From NCBI GenBank assembly GCA_964016885.1, contig OZ024751.1, forward strand, positions 46,562,001 to 46,626,000: a DNA stretch of 64,000 nt, read 5' to 3'. The notes beneath the pieces were generated by a model. It was given only the letters and a program-made list of their open reading frames with translations. It did no database searches and had not been told where the DNA came from. The stretch is from Eledone cirrhosa (lineage: Eukaryota). Made by a program: the position numbers and the translations under genes. Positions 50,739 through 64,000 of the stretch are shown one piece after another. Position 1 is the first letter of the stretch; the number at the start of each line of letters is the position of its first letter.

Positions 50739-51159
50739 AAAGTTTTATTTAAAATTGTTGGGTTACAACAAATAAATATTTTATAACTGATATAAAGTAC
50801 TCAACAAGTTTTGGAGTAGATATACGATATTAAACAAATGGAAACTATATTTATAAAACCATATTTATTTCATTATACATATTTCGGGGGATACCATATT
50901 AAAAATATGGCATGCCTTCTTCAGATAAAATACAATATATAAACAGTTTTATAAATAATTTTGACGTACCATAAATATTGATCAACTTTTATGTAAGTAG
51001 TTGATCAATATTTATGGTACGTCAAAATTATTTATAAAACTGTTTATATATTGTATTTTATCTGAAGAAGGCATGCCATATTTTTAATATGGTATCCCCG
51101 AAATATGTATAATGAAATAAATATGGTTTTATAAATATAGTTTCCATTTGTTTAATATC

Positions 51160-51164
<5 letters not shown>
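50737..51164. mobile_element. Fold-back PLE remnant with hammerhead-like core (related fragment at 4795-4895)
   Basis: Arms 50821-50987/50999-51164; CTGAAGA (51062) - hairpin - GAAA (51100); unpaired tail 50737-50820; (TA)n flanks. Confidence 0.75.
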
Positions 51165-51225
<61 letters not shown>

Positions 51226-51409
51226 CGAAGGAAATGTGGTAAGGAACCAGGTGGACCATAACGCACCAAAGTACTCAATACTTGGGGTAGTAGAGTGGGT
51301 AATAGGAACCAGTAAGACCCCGACGGCTGAGCTCAAGCCATCGAAACGGCTAATTCTCTGAATTAGCCGTCGAAACGGCTTGAGCTCAGCCGTCGGGGTC
51401 TTACTGGTT

Positions 51410-51443
<34 letters not shown>

Positions 51444-51677
51444 CTTAGTTGTGTGTTGTTCATCTGTTTACCAAGACGTTTCTGAGAGCGAGGAACGCCC
51501 AAAGATGCTGTTACAATGGTTGTTTTAGTTGAAATTCCAGTTGGTCAGCCGATACCAAATATTACGTCTAGAAATAACAACAATAACAACAGCAACAATA
51601 GTCTGGAGTGACACGGATTTATAGAAGAAAAGCTTAAATAAAAAAAAATTCTTAACGAAGGGTTGTGTATGAGCGTA

Positions 51678-51774
<97 letters not shown>

Positions 51775-51783
51775 ATATATATA

Positions 51784-51957
<174 letters not shown>

Positions 51958-51980
51958 GTATATATATATGTATGTGTATA

Positions 51981-52016
<36 letters not shown>

Positions 52017-52034
52017 TGTATGTATGTATGTATG

Positions 52035-52115
<81 letters not shown>

Positions 52116-52126
52116 GCATACATACA

Positions 52127-52162
<36 letters not shown>

Positions 52163-52209
52163 TATACACATACATACATATATATACACATTCATACATA
52201 TATACATTC

Positions 52210-52287
<78 letters not shown>

Positions 52288-53560
52288 ATGTATATATGTA
52301 TGTATATTTATCACACACATATGATATGTGTATATATATATATGTATATATGTATGCATATTATATGTGTGTGTGCATCAACATATGTATGTTAGTGTGT
52401 GTTTGTATGTATTGACTAGTTGTTTTCATGTTTAGATAGGGAGGTGCTACCTTTCGGTGTTGGCCCTTTATTGAACTAACAAATTACAGGTAAATACATG
52501 AATGAACCAGTATAACCTACCTGTGAGACACTTTATCTACAGTCTTACATATACATATATACACATATACACATATACATACTCACATACATACATACAT
52601 ACACTCATACATACACACTCGCATGCATCTATACACACACACACATATACACATATACACATATACATATACATATACATATACACATAGTCACATACTC
52701 ATACACAAACATGCATATATATACACACTGACACACAAACGCATACATACGCACAGGTAATTACTTATTTATTCTATTTGACGATGGTAATGATGATGAT
52801 GGTGATGGTAAAATTCTTCTGATGGGCTTCTACACAGTCACTGTGTACACAATTTGAGTCGACCGGTTCGAGACTATTGTAAAATCACTTGGCCCCCAAA
52901 TGACCCGCAGTGGGATCGAATATAGGACCTGAAGATTGCTACATCGGACATCTTAAGCACCCAACCAAGCCCACGTCCGTTATTTCATTGGCAGTATCAG
53001 TAGAGAGTCGGACGCCATGCTTTGCAGAATTGAGTTTCGTCCCTTTACGGTTTGTGTTCAAATCCTGCCGAGGTTAACTTTGCCTTTCATCCTTACGGGG
53101 TCGATAAAATAAAGTACCAGTAATGCACTGGGATAATTACTGGCCTTGTGCCAAAAATAGAAACAGTTATTTCATTTATTCAGTTAATGAAAGCAACATG
53201 GGCGCATGACTAAAATCTTAGCTTCACAATTACAAAGCCTTGTTGTGTGTTTGAGCCATGTCCTATGAGTAAAACAGGTTGAACGAAGACTGTTTTGTAA
53301 CCCGTTGGATTGACTATACTTGTATTTGAAAGAGGGCTGAGCTTACTTAAGATTTCACCCTTCCATAAGGTTTCAAACGAACAAAGAATAAGAACAGAGA
53401 TTAAACTTGTTATGTACTAAAATAGTTCACGCGATGTGATGATGGCGTAATAGTGTAAACATTCTTTTGTACGTCAATTTACACACACACACACACACAC
53501 CTACACAACAAACACACAGTCACACATACACAACATACAAACATACACACACACACACAC

Positions 53561-53623
<63 letters not shown>

Positions 53624-53674
53624 ATCCCGTTAAGGGTGAAAGCAGCGATTCTTTGCTTAAACTTTAATCTGTTA

Positions 53675-53761
<87 letters not shown>

Positions 53762-54002
53762 GCTTGGACTTTTGACAGACTTGGCCCTTTCTTTATGTCT
53801 GAATCAACAAACCTACTAATTGAGGTCGTTTCATAACGGTCCCGATCTATTGAATATTCAACAAATACACACACATACACACATACACACGTACACACGC
53901 ACACCACACGCACACTGTCATAGACACATATATTCTACACATTATGTTCAACTACATAGCACAGACTGTTGTAGACACCGATACAAATACTCTATTGTAC
54001 AC

Positions 54003-54450
54003 CTCTTCGCCCACTTTTTCCTGAGAGGATCGTGAGTTTTCAAACACTCCTTCCAGCAGGTCCTGTCAGAAGTAACCGTCTCTAATTGATCCAGCTGGAT
54101 CAATTAGAGACCAAGCGAGACCAGTTGAGCTCATGGATGTTATCCAACCGTTTTGCTCGTGGTCTACACCTGTCGGTTAGTTTTACCCTTAAAATCTGTC
54201 CAGCGATTCTTTCCTGAGTCATTCTAACTTTATGCCCATAGTATCGGAACTGTGATCTCTCAATTCGGAGGAATCGAGACTCTCCCTGAAATAATACTCT
54301 GATCTCCGAACTAAAAATCCTATTGAGTAACTTTACTCCAAAGTCCCTTTAGAGGGACCCCATTTCGATCACTTGTATTAGCGATCGTATTCTTTCGGTC
54401 ATTACCCAATATACATGACGATAGCTAAGGGTTGGCACGCAAATCGAATT
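54003..54450 (-). mobile_element. RTE-type LINE 3' fragment (same family)
   Basis: Colinear with 15553-15845 and 23945-24350. Confidence 0.78.
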
Positions 54451-55044
54451 ATCTATAGCTTATATACCTTTTGCATATCAAACATCTACTGGGGGAGTTC
54501 AGTTGCATATGGTGCGTGTGTGGCAAGAATAAGCTATAGCAGGTATACTTTCTGAACAGGAAAATAGTATATGAGATCAATCCACGCTTATTAACCAATG
54601 AATTTAAATATATCACCAGACGATATAAGAATTTCTTTTATCAAACCACTTTATTATTTTGCATATCTTTAATAATAATTTCTTTGATACAATTCTTTGT
54701 GCCGCTTTGTAAACATCCGGAGATAGCAAAGTAAATATATTTATAAAGCATAAATTATCTCTGTAAACACAGTCTGAAGTATTTCCTTGTAAGAATCTCT
54801 ACACACGTGACACTTTCACACATTCCCGTCTCTGTCTCTATCTTTTCTTCCTTTTAACGCTCTTCTCCCTCGTTCTACAAAACCCGACTATTTCTTTATG
54901 CATGTAATATTTTCTCATATGATTTATTACTATTCTGAAGATTCGAGAAAAGAAACGGCAGTAAAAATTAATAAAATCCTGAACATTTTCAACTGCACTA
55001 ATTATTTCTTACACAGAGTTGGCCTTGTGCCTAAATCAGAAACC

Positions 55045-55095
<51 letters not shown>

Positions 55096-55309
55096 ATATA
55101 TATATATCTGTAACGCTGAGTGGTTAGAGAATTGGTTGTGAGTTCGATTCTCGGACCGGGCGATGGGTTATGTCCATGGGAAAGACACTTTATTTCACGT
55201 TGCTCCTTCTACCTGGAGTTGCGACCAACTAATAGATAGTATAAGCAATTGGAAAGAAGAATGGAAACATTGTTTCCTCGGTCCGATTTGACGAAAGTCG
55301 ACCGACTTT

Positions 55310-55351
<42 letters not shown>

Positions 55352-55355
<4 letters not shown>

Positions 55356-55542
55356 CGAAGGAAATGTGGTAAGGAACCAGGTGGACCATAACGCACCAAA
55401 GTACTCAATACTTAGGGTAGTAGAGTGGGTAATAGGAACCAGTAAGACCCCGACGGCTGAGCTCAAGCCGTTTCGACGGCTAATTCTGCAGAATTAGCCG
55501 TCGAAACGGCTTGAGCTCAGTCGTCGGGGTCTTACTGGTTCC

Positions 55543-55543
<1 letters not shown>
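55352..55543 (-). mobile_element. Mini fold-back family A copy, nearly identical to 51222-51413
   Basis: Tail followed by a palindrome centred on TTCTGCAGAA; (TA)n on both sides. Confidence 0.85.
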
Positions 55544-55586
<43 letters not shown>

Positions 55587-55621
55587 TATGTATGTATGTA
55601 TGTATATATATATATATATAC

Positions 55622-56488
<867 letters not shown>

Positions 56489-56544
56489 TTGAGCATATGT
56501 TGGTTGGTTACCGACACTTCAGTATGCAGGGTAGAGCATTAAAC

Positions 56545-56582
<38 letters not shown>

Positions 56583-57688
56583 CGTGTGTGTGATCTGTGC
56601 GTGTTTGTGTGTGTAGGTGTATGTGAGTGTGTGTTAGTATGTCTTTGTGTATGTGTGAGTTAATGGGAGTGTTTGTGTGTGGGTTTATGAATTTAAATAC
56701 TATGATATGGTATTCATAAATTTCCCGACATTAATGGAAATTTAGTGAAAAAATGAGAGAGAGAGAGAGAAGGAGAGAGAAGGAGAGAGAAAGTGACCAA
56801 TTGATTTCTTCCGGTTGGAGCCTGTTTTGATTTAACGAGGCCACGTGATCTATAATCCGGTTGTAAAAACCAGATCAAACCAGATCAATGGAATGCTAAA
56901 ATCTAATTATAGTTGAAATTGTGTGAGAAATTTACTAATAGACTTTCTTCATAACAGTGCGTATCAACCGTTGCGGCGAGGAACATTTCATTAAATAATT
57001 CCCCGGTTGTATATTAAAATTTCAGTCACCGAATTATTTTTCACGTGCTGGTGTTTTTTGTTTTGTTTTACTAAAATAATTTTTTTTTTCCAGTGTGAGA
57101 CCCCCCCCACCCACCCACCCCCCGCAACTTATTTTAGCCATTTAAATAACTCACAGAGAAAACTGTTATATTTATTCATGTGATATCAACATTTTCGTCG
57201 CGCCCTCTGCGACCTGTTACTGACACAATCCCTCGGCATTGAATTGTATCGGGGGTCAATCACCCAACGAAATAAATGAAAAAAAAATGAATAATATAAG
57301 ACAATTTTTGTGTGTGTGTATATGTGTGTGTGTATGTGTTTGTGTGTGTGTGTTTGAGTATGTGTGTGTGTATGTGTGTGTTTATATATGTATGTGTGTC
57401 TGTGTGAGTATGTGCGTGTTTAATGGCTAAAATAACTTATAATGTAATTGACTCAACAGTCTCAGATCAAACACTCGCTAAACATGTTCAACTTTGAAAT
57501 TTGATTTTATAGTTTTCACAAATAAAAAAGAATGATTAAGAATGAGGAACAAATTTATGGAAACCCCGTGCTTTTAAGTTTGTATATTCAGTGCCTTAAT
57601 TAAAAATTGTGTTAAACAAAATTTAACAAGTTTACATCTCATAAATCCTTTAGGTTATTGTTTCGTTGAGAGAAAGCAGTGAATTCTT

Positions 57689-58370
57689 ACATTTCCATGC
57701 TGTATATTTTAGGGCCAAGTAACCTTACGTACTACATTTCCATGCTGTATATTTTAGGGCCAAGTAACCCTTTGTACGACATTTCCATGCTGTATATTTT
57801 AGGGCCAAGTAACCTTACGTACTACATTTCCATGCTGTATATTTTAGGGCCAAGTAAGCTTACGTACGACATTTCCATGCTGTATATTTTAGGGTCAAGT
57901 AACCCTTCGTACGACATTTCCATGCTGTATATTTTAGGGCCAAGTAACCTTACGTACTACATTTCCATGCTGTATATTTTAGGGCCAAGTAACCTTACGT
58001 ACGACATTTCCATGCTGTATATTTTAGGGCCAAGTAACCTTACGTACGACATTTCCATGCTGTATATTTTAGGGCCAAGTAAGCTTACGTACTACATTTC
58101 CATGCTGTATATTTTAGGGCCAAGTAACCCTTCGTACGACATTTCCATGCTGTATATTTTAGGGCCAAGTAACCTTACGTACGACATTTCCATGCTGTAT
58201 ATTTTAGGGCCAAGTAACCTTACGTACGACATTTCCATGCTGTATATTTTAGGGCCAAGTAACCCTACGTATGCTTCTAAATGCTGTATAATTTAGGGTT
58301 AGATAACCCCACTTATGATGTCGCCATGCTGTATAGTTTAGGACCAGGTACCCCTGCGTACGCCTTCTCC
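57689..58370. repeat. 45-bp tandem array, ~13 copies plus decayed edge
   Basis: ATTTCCATGCTGTATATTTTAGGGCCAAGTAACCTTACGTACKAC. Confidence 0.97.
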
Positions 58371-58469
58371 AGTCTGTATAATAGGTAACCTTGTTGATTT
58401 TGTTGTTAAGCTCTAGGCCAGCTCTTACCGGGTTAACCTATAAACAAGCACATATTAGTTGTGACCATG

Positions 58470-58760
58470 CTGTCTGTTTTCTTTTAGACATAGTGTGTAT
58501 ATATATGTATTCTTTTTGAAGACAATAAGATACTGCCAGTAAGATACTGACTGCTATTTCTAGCATGTCAGGCAACCATATATATCATGTTTGTGAATAT
58601 ATGCAGGCGTTGTAATATTGTGTCTGTTTTTTTTTTAGATATAGTGTGTTCTTTTTGAAGACAATAAGATACTGCCAGTAAGATACTAACTGCTATTTCT
58701 AGCATGTCAGGCAACCATATATATCATGTCTGTGAATATATGCAGATGTTGTAATATTGG
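58470..58760. repeat. ~150-bp tandem duplication
   Basis: 58471 and 58621 start the same sequence. Confidence 0.9.
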
Positions 58761-59368
58761 TTATCTTAGTTTGCACTTCATGTTAACCACTTGTTTTATT
58801 ATTTTGTTCTTATAGTATTTCTTTTAACTAGGAATTGATCGTGGACAGTTAAAATCAGCTGAAATAATACCATTTTTGCTTTTAACCTGGATTTTTCAAA
58901 CCATTGTTGGTTTTCCTTCTAGTTTGCTTACTCTCTGTCCAGTCTTAAAGTGTATATTGGCCAAGAGATGGCTCTTTTCGCATTTTTTCTTTATTTTGAT
59001 TTCATCTTTTAATTTAATTTTTATTTCTTTTAGTTTTCTTCTCTTGTTTAGTCTTTATATAAATATTTTTCTTCGGTTTATAAGTGTTGGCTGAAAAGTT
59101 CATAGGCTCGAAGTATCGGCGGGAAAGCGTTACTTGCTGTTTAGTTAGTTACTATGATGATATCTATCTGTCTTTCATACTCAGTCTCTCTCTCTCACTG
59201 TATTTCTCTCTCAACATTTTGCATGAAAAAAATAATTTCGTCTTACGAACATTTCGGATGACGAACGGCCTTCAGGAATGGATTAAGTTCGTGGACCGAG
59301 GTTCCACTGTATATGCGGTGTATGTATACACATCTATATCCCCTTTTCTCTTTATCCCTATTTTACAG

Positions 59369-59434
59369 ACTTATATCGCCGATATCCTGGTGTCCATTAA
59401 CCCTTTCCAGGCAATCGACTGCTACAGTAATGAA
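59369..59434 (+). CDS. Myosin-motor gene exon 2 (TYIADILVSINPFQAIDCYSNE)
   Basis: TTTTACAG acceptor and GTAAGT donor; 66 nt, phase 0/0; myosin YTY..ILV..NP motif. Confidence 0.92.
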
Positions 59435-59970
59435 GTAAGTAGTGATAAATGTTTAAAACCTACTTTCCTACTCTAACATTTGTTGACTGGTGAATTGATA
59501 CATTCGGTAGAGCGACGGATGAAACGTCGTGTGGTATCTTTTCTGACTTTCTGAGTTCTGAATTCAAACCTCCTCGGGGTCAACTTTGCATTTTATTCTT
59601 CCAAGATCGAAAAGAGTATCAATCAGGTACCAGGGTCAATTTAATTGACTAACTGCTCACCCAAATTTCTGGCCATGTGACAATGTTAGAAATAAGGGTT
59701 TCTAATTTAGACACAATGCCAATAATTTAGGGAGGGGAAAGTCGATTAAATCGACCCCAGTGCATTATTAGGTACTTTATTTTATCGACCCTATAAAGGA
59801 TGAAAGGCAAAGCTAACCTCAGTGGGATTTGAACTCAAAACGTAATGAACCATAACTCTATGCCACAAGGCATGCTATCCGACGCTCTACCAATTCTACT
59901 GACAGTCCTGACTTTGTTAGAAATAACAATAATGATAATTATTGTTATTGTTATTTTGTCTTTTTTTCAG

Positions 59971-60201
59971 AATCATGAAAGTTATAAGAATGTGAAAATA
60001 CGGAGCTCGCTGGAGCCCCATATTTTCTGGTTGGCTGACAATGCGTATCAAAGAATGCGAGAGACAGGCCGGGTACAATGTATTTTGGTCAGTGGTCTCT
60101 CTGGTTCCGGTAAAACAGAAAGTACGAAACATATGATAAGGCACATCTCTAAACTGAGTACATCACACAGTCAACTACAGCTGGCCAATAAAATCACAGA
60201 G
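59971..60201 (+). CDS. Myosin-motor gene exon 3 containing the P-loop (PHIFWLADNAY...ILVSGLSGSGKTESTK)
   Basis: TTTTTCAG acceptor and GTACGC donor; 231 nt, phase 0/0; myosin PHIF..AD.AY motif and Walker A. Confidence 0.95.
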
Positions 60202-60686
60202 GTACGCCCAATCCTTCTTAAAACATGGTCACCCATTGGAAATAATTTGCCCCTTACTACATTTATAAAAAAAAAAGATATATATTTATTAATTAGGTAT
60301 TAGGACTGGTGCTCTGAAATAGCGATGTATACATGAATGTATGTATAGTATGTTTGGCAATATAACGTATGTTTAATTAAAAACATTTTGAAGACCATAC
60401 GCTATCAGTTTTAAAGTAGTGACTATGTCCCTTAGTCACTACTTTAAAGCTGATAGCGTAGGGTCTTCTAAATATTTATTAATTATGTTTTTTTATTACC
60501 TGTTGGCATCCTTAACCTAGAAAAATTCAAAGTGAAAAAGTTTCGTCTGTTAATTAAGGTGAGAGCACCAAAAAAGCGTCATTACCGACAGAAGGTGAAA
60601 ACCTTTCGTCACACTCTTGTTTGATTAGGAATATTAAAAATCAAACTGTGTCTGTGTAGCTTTCATTCTATCTTTCTATTGAAAAG

Positions 60687-60801
60687 GTGAATCCACTTTT
60701 GGAAGCTTTCGGTAATGCCAAGACAATCATGAACGATAACTCCAGCAGGTTTGGTAAATATCTTGAGATGAAATTTACACACGAAGGCAACCTCATTGGT
60801 G
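60687..60801 (+). CDS. Myosin-motor gene exon 4 containing switch I ([25 protein letters not shown])
   Basis: AAG acceptor after a pyrimidine tract and GTAAGT donor; 115 nt, phase 0/1; canonical [10 protein letters not shown] and NSSRFGK. Missing from the ORF track because it is short. Confidence 0.95.
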
Positions 60802-61460
60802 GTAAGTAGAATATGTTATTATATTGACACATAGATATACAGTTTAACTATAACAATACATGATTATTACATAGCTTTAATATAATATATGGATATTACT
60901 GTTGTACAAAGTGGCAACACATCATATATACGGATATCATACTTCTATAGGACAGACAATGCATAATATATGTATATCACACAGCTCTACAGGAGTTCGA
61001 TTTCCAGATCGAACGACATGTTATGTCATTACTCCAGTCCATCAAGCTGGATATAAAAATGAATTGCGACGACACTGGGACGATCGAAGTTTGTCTTTCC
61101 TATGTGTTTCCCCTGGGGATATGGAGAAAAGAAAGTGGCTTGCATGGGTGACGTCTGATCTTCAGCAAATCACTCTACACAGGCGTGCGACTCGGAAAGG
61201 TAAACTCATGACCTAGGGGGCTTAATTTTTTTTTGTGATACTATATTTTTACAAAATCAACTGAAAATTTCATAGATTGACCATGGAATGACCAAATGAG
61301 GTTTATCTTTCAATATAGTCCCTGGAAAGAAACAATGTACTTATTAATAAAAAGAGTTGAAATTAATGCATGCAAGATTTCACAGCTCTAGCACCACTCC
61401 TTCATAGTCAGCCTATGAACCTTTCAGCCCAACCTCATATATGTATTTTCTCCTTTTCAG

Positions 61461-61608
61461 CTCAAATTCAAGATTTCTTGTTGGAGAAGACCCGTGTTAT
61501 TCAACAAGGTTGCGGAGAAAAGAACTTCCATATATTCTACTACATGTTTGCTGGTATGACAAATAACGAACTGAGTGATTATTTTCTCAAATCACCTGAG
61601 AATTTCAG
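61461..61608 (+). CDS. Myosin-motor gene exon 5 (AQIQDFLLEKTRV...EKNFHIFYYMFAG...ENFR)
   Basis: TTTTCAG acceptor and GTGTGT donor; 148 nt, phase 1/2; LLEK.RV and E.NFHIFY motifs. Confidence 0.95.
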
Positions 61609-61857
61609 GTGTGTAACAAAATCTCATTGCCCCTCCCCCTCTCCCTATTTCTGTCTCTCTTTCAAATACACACTCATGTAATATTTGTTTTATATACGTT
61701 CTGTGTTCAAATCCCGCCGAGGTTAGCTTTGCCTTTCATCCTTATGGGGTCGATCAAATAAAGCACCAGTAATGCACTGGGGTCGATTTAATCGACTTTC
61801 CCCTCTCCAGAAATTGCTGGTCTAAAGTATAAACAATTATTATTATTATTATTTTAG

Positions 61858-61978
61858 AATCCTACACAATGACAGCAATAACCAACCTATCTACAGCGGA
61901 ACAGAAGACTATGAACTCAGCGGATTTATGTTCCATAAACAATTGAATTTATTAAAAGTTGTGGGATTTACTGATTGG
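61858..61978 (+). CDS. Myosin-motor gene exon 6 (ILHNDSNN...LLKVVGFTDW)
   Basis: TTTTAG acceptor and GTAAGA donor; 121 nt, phase 2/0, which keeps the frame; 'L..VGF' motif. Confidence 0.88.
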
Positions 61979-62407
61979 GTAAGACGGCAATTGATTATTT
62001 TTGATGTTGATGTTGGTGTTGTTGGTGGTAGTGTTGGCGGTGGTGGTTCTGTTGGTGTTGGTGGTGGTGTTGGTGTTGGTGTTAGTGTTGGTGTTGATGT
62101 TAGTGGTGATGTTGGTGTTGGTGGTGGTGTTAGTGTTGATGTTGGTGGTGGTGTTGGTGGTGGCGTTAATGTTGGTGGTTGTGTTGGTGGTGATGTTGGT
62201 GTTGTTGGTGGTTGTGTTGGTGGTGATGTTAGTGTTGATGTTGGTGTTGATGTTGGTGTTGATGTTGGTGTTGGTGGTTGTGTTGGTGTTGATGTTAGTG
62301 TTGGTGTTGGTGTTGATGGTGGTGTTGGTGGTGTTGGTGGTTGTGTTGGTGTTGGTGTTGGTGGTGGTGTTGGTGGTGTTGGTGGTGGTGTTGATGTTGG
62401 TGGTTGT

Positions 62408-62714
62408 GTTGGTGTTGGTATTGGTATTGGTTTTAATATTGTTGTTGGTGTTGGTGTTGATGTTGGTATATCCTATGTTCAAAGACATTCCAACCATGAA
62501 AATCTAGTATTTTATGAAGACATAGTCTACCTAGGACTACATTATTCAATGTACTCTAGAGTCTAGAGTACATTGAATAATGTAGTCCTAGGTAGACTAT
62601 GTCTTCATAAAATACTAGATTTTCATGGTTGGAATGTCTTTGAACATAGGATATACCAACATCAACACCAACACCAACAACAATATTAAAACCAATACCA
62701 ATACCAACACCAAC
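62408..62714. repeat. 153-bp inverted duplication of flanking intron DNA abutting the hAT MITE
   Basis: 62408-62560 is the reverse complement of 62562-62714, with a single central G at 62561. Confidence 0.95.
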
Positions 62715-63021
62715 GTGATTCTCAACGTGGTCCAGGTGGACCACCGGTGGTCCACATTGCATTTCTAGTGGTCCACAGAGAATTCGTAGCCATAAAAAAA
62801 TTGTAGCCATTTCACAAAAATGTAACTAATATAATATTTTGTTTAATTACACACATGTCCATTATATTTGAAAATTTCGAGTTCACAGCTCTGATACTAT
62901 GGGTATGTGGTTAGAATGTCTCTAGCAGTTCTATTACAAAAGATTTAAAAGTTTAGGTGGTCCACAGGAAAAAATTACTTATTTTGGTGGTCCACAGCAA
63001 ACAAAAGGTTGAGAACCCCTG
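62715..63021. mobile_element. hAT (Charlie-like) MITE with damaged left end
   Basis: Right end GTTGAGAACCCCTG versus left [CA]GTGATTCTCAAC; repeated subterminal GGTGGTCCAC; right flank CTCTAGAC fits the NTCTAGAN target consensus. Confidence 0.8.
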
Positions 63022-63243
63022 CTCTAGACTATAATTCTTCCCTAAAATCAGAGACTTTGTAACTTTGTTAAAAATACGACATATTTTATAGTTATTTTAG
63101 TTGATGGTTGTTTTTTTAAAATTATTTATATTGTATAAAGTACCAGTCACGCACTGGGGTCGATTTAATCGACTTTCCCCTCCTCCCAAATTGTTGGCCT
63201 TGTGCCTATATAAGAAACCAATATTTATATTGTACTTATACAG

Positions 63244-63361
63244 GAAATTTCCATGATCTTCACTTTACTGGCCTCGGTGCTCCATATAACCAATATCTCC
63301 TTCTCCAAAGTCGAAGACACTGATTCTGTAACAATTGGCGACAAGACATCATTACATCACG
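63244..63361 (+). CDS. Myosin-motor gene exon 7 (EISMIFTLLASVLHITNISF...DTDSVTIGDKTSLHH); gene continues beyond the window
   Basis: TACAG acceptor and GTAAGG donor; 118 nt, phase 0/1; 'IF..LA..LH..NI.F' myosin motif. Confidence 0.92.
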
Positions 63362-63850
63362 GTAAGGCTTTCTCTCCAGCCATCTTAGTTATTTATTTAT
63401 CTATTTATTTATTTATTTATTTATTTATTTATTATCTATTTATTTATTTATTTATTTATATATTTATTTATCATCTATTTATTTATTTATTTATTTATAT
63501 ATTTATTTATCATCTATTTATTTATTTATTTATTTATTTATTTATTATATATTTATTTACTTATATATATTTATTCATTTATGTTTGTCCAATGACGAGG
63601 TCCCATTGGTTTTTCAAGGGAGATAACGAAAGCATGCCCTCCCTTATGCAAGTTATAGGATTTCGGACACATTATGTAGCTTTAAAATAAATAACTAATG
63701 ATTATCACTATCTGTGAAGGCGCGTGGCTTAGGTGTTAGCGGTATTCGGCTCGCGATCGTTAGATCGTGAGTTAGATTCTCGGCTATATATTATCACTTT
63801 ATCGATTGCATTGTTTTGCACAATATTCCGTTACTTAGTTCTTATTTGTC

Positions 63851-64000
63851 TGATATTCTGTTATTCCTATACACCAGCATTCATATAATACAATGGGTTC
63901 GAATCTTTTTACCTTACTCTATTTGACTGATATTCTGTTATTCCTATACACCAATATTCATATAATACAATGGGTTCGAATCTTTTTACCTTAATCTATT
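63851..64000. repeat. ~77-bp tandem repeat at the window end
   Basis: TGATATTCTGTTATTCCTATACACCA starts at 63851 and 63928. Confidence 0.9.

Noticed and set aside
57679-58296. 205-aa ORF of 15-aa repeats inside intron 1
   Set aside because: A 45-bp tandem repeat that happens to be stop-free; exons 1 and 2 already join into a continuous myosin motif.
61979-62566. Gly/Val-rich extension of exon 6 in the ORF track
   Set aside because: Lies after the GTAAGA donor and is (GGTGTT)n low-complexity intron.

Overview
Eukaryotic, extremely microsatellite-rich DNA, most likely an octopod cephalopod (inferred from the (TA)n density and SINE types). Nearly all ORFs in the supplied track are simple-repeat artefacts. 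The only host gene is on the + strand: seven GT-AG exons (46872-63361) that splice in frame into the N-terminal part of a myosin motor domain and run off the window end. It resembles the myosin-head chitin synthases of molluscs and has an atypical P-loop (GLSGSGKT). The rest is mobile DNA: a 5'-truncated R4/Dong-type RLE LINE with an open ORF inside a (CATA)n tract, two Penelope-like elements (PLEs) with inverted pseudo-LTRs (pLTRs), an internally deleted mariner, two hAT-type MITEs, RTE and CRE fragments, many tRNA-derived SINEs and several minisatellites. The most striking patterns are (i) about 15 fold-back elements of unrelated families in (TA)n tracts, many carrying minimal type-I hammerhead ribozymes, and (ii) a 153-bp inverted duplication whose centre matches a hAT transposase hairpin intermediate base for base. 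All analysis is by eye; no searches were run.
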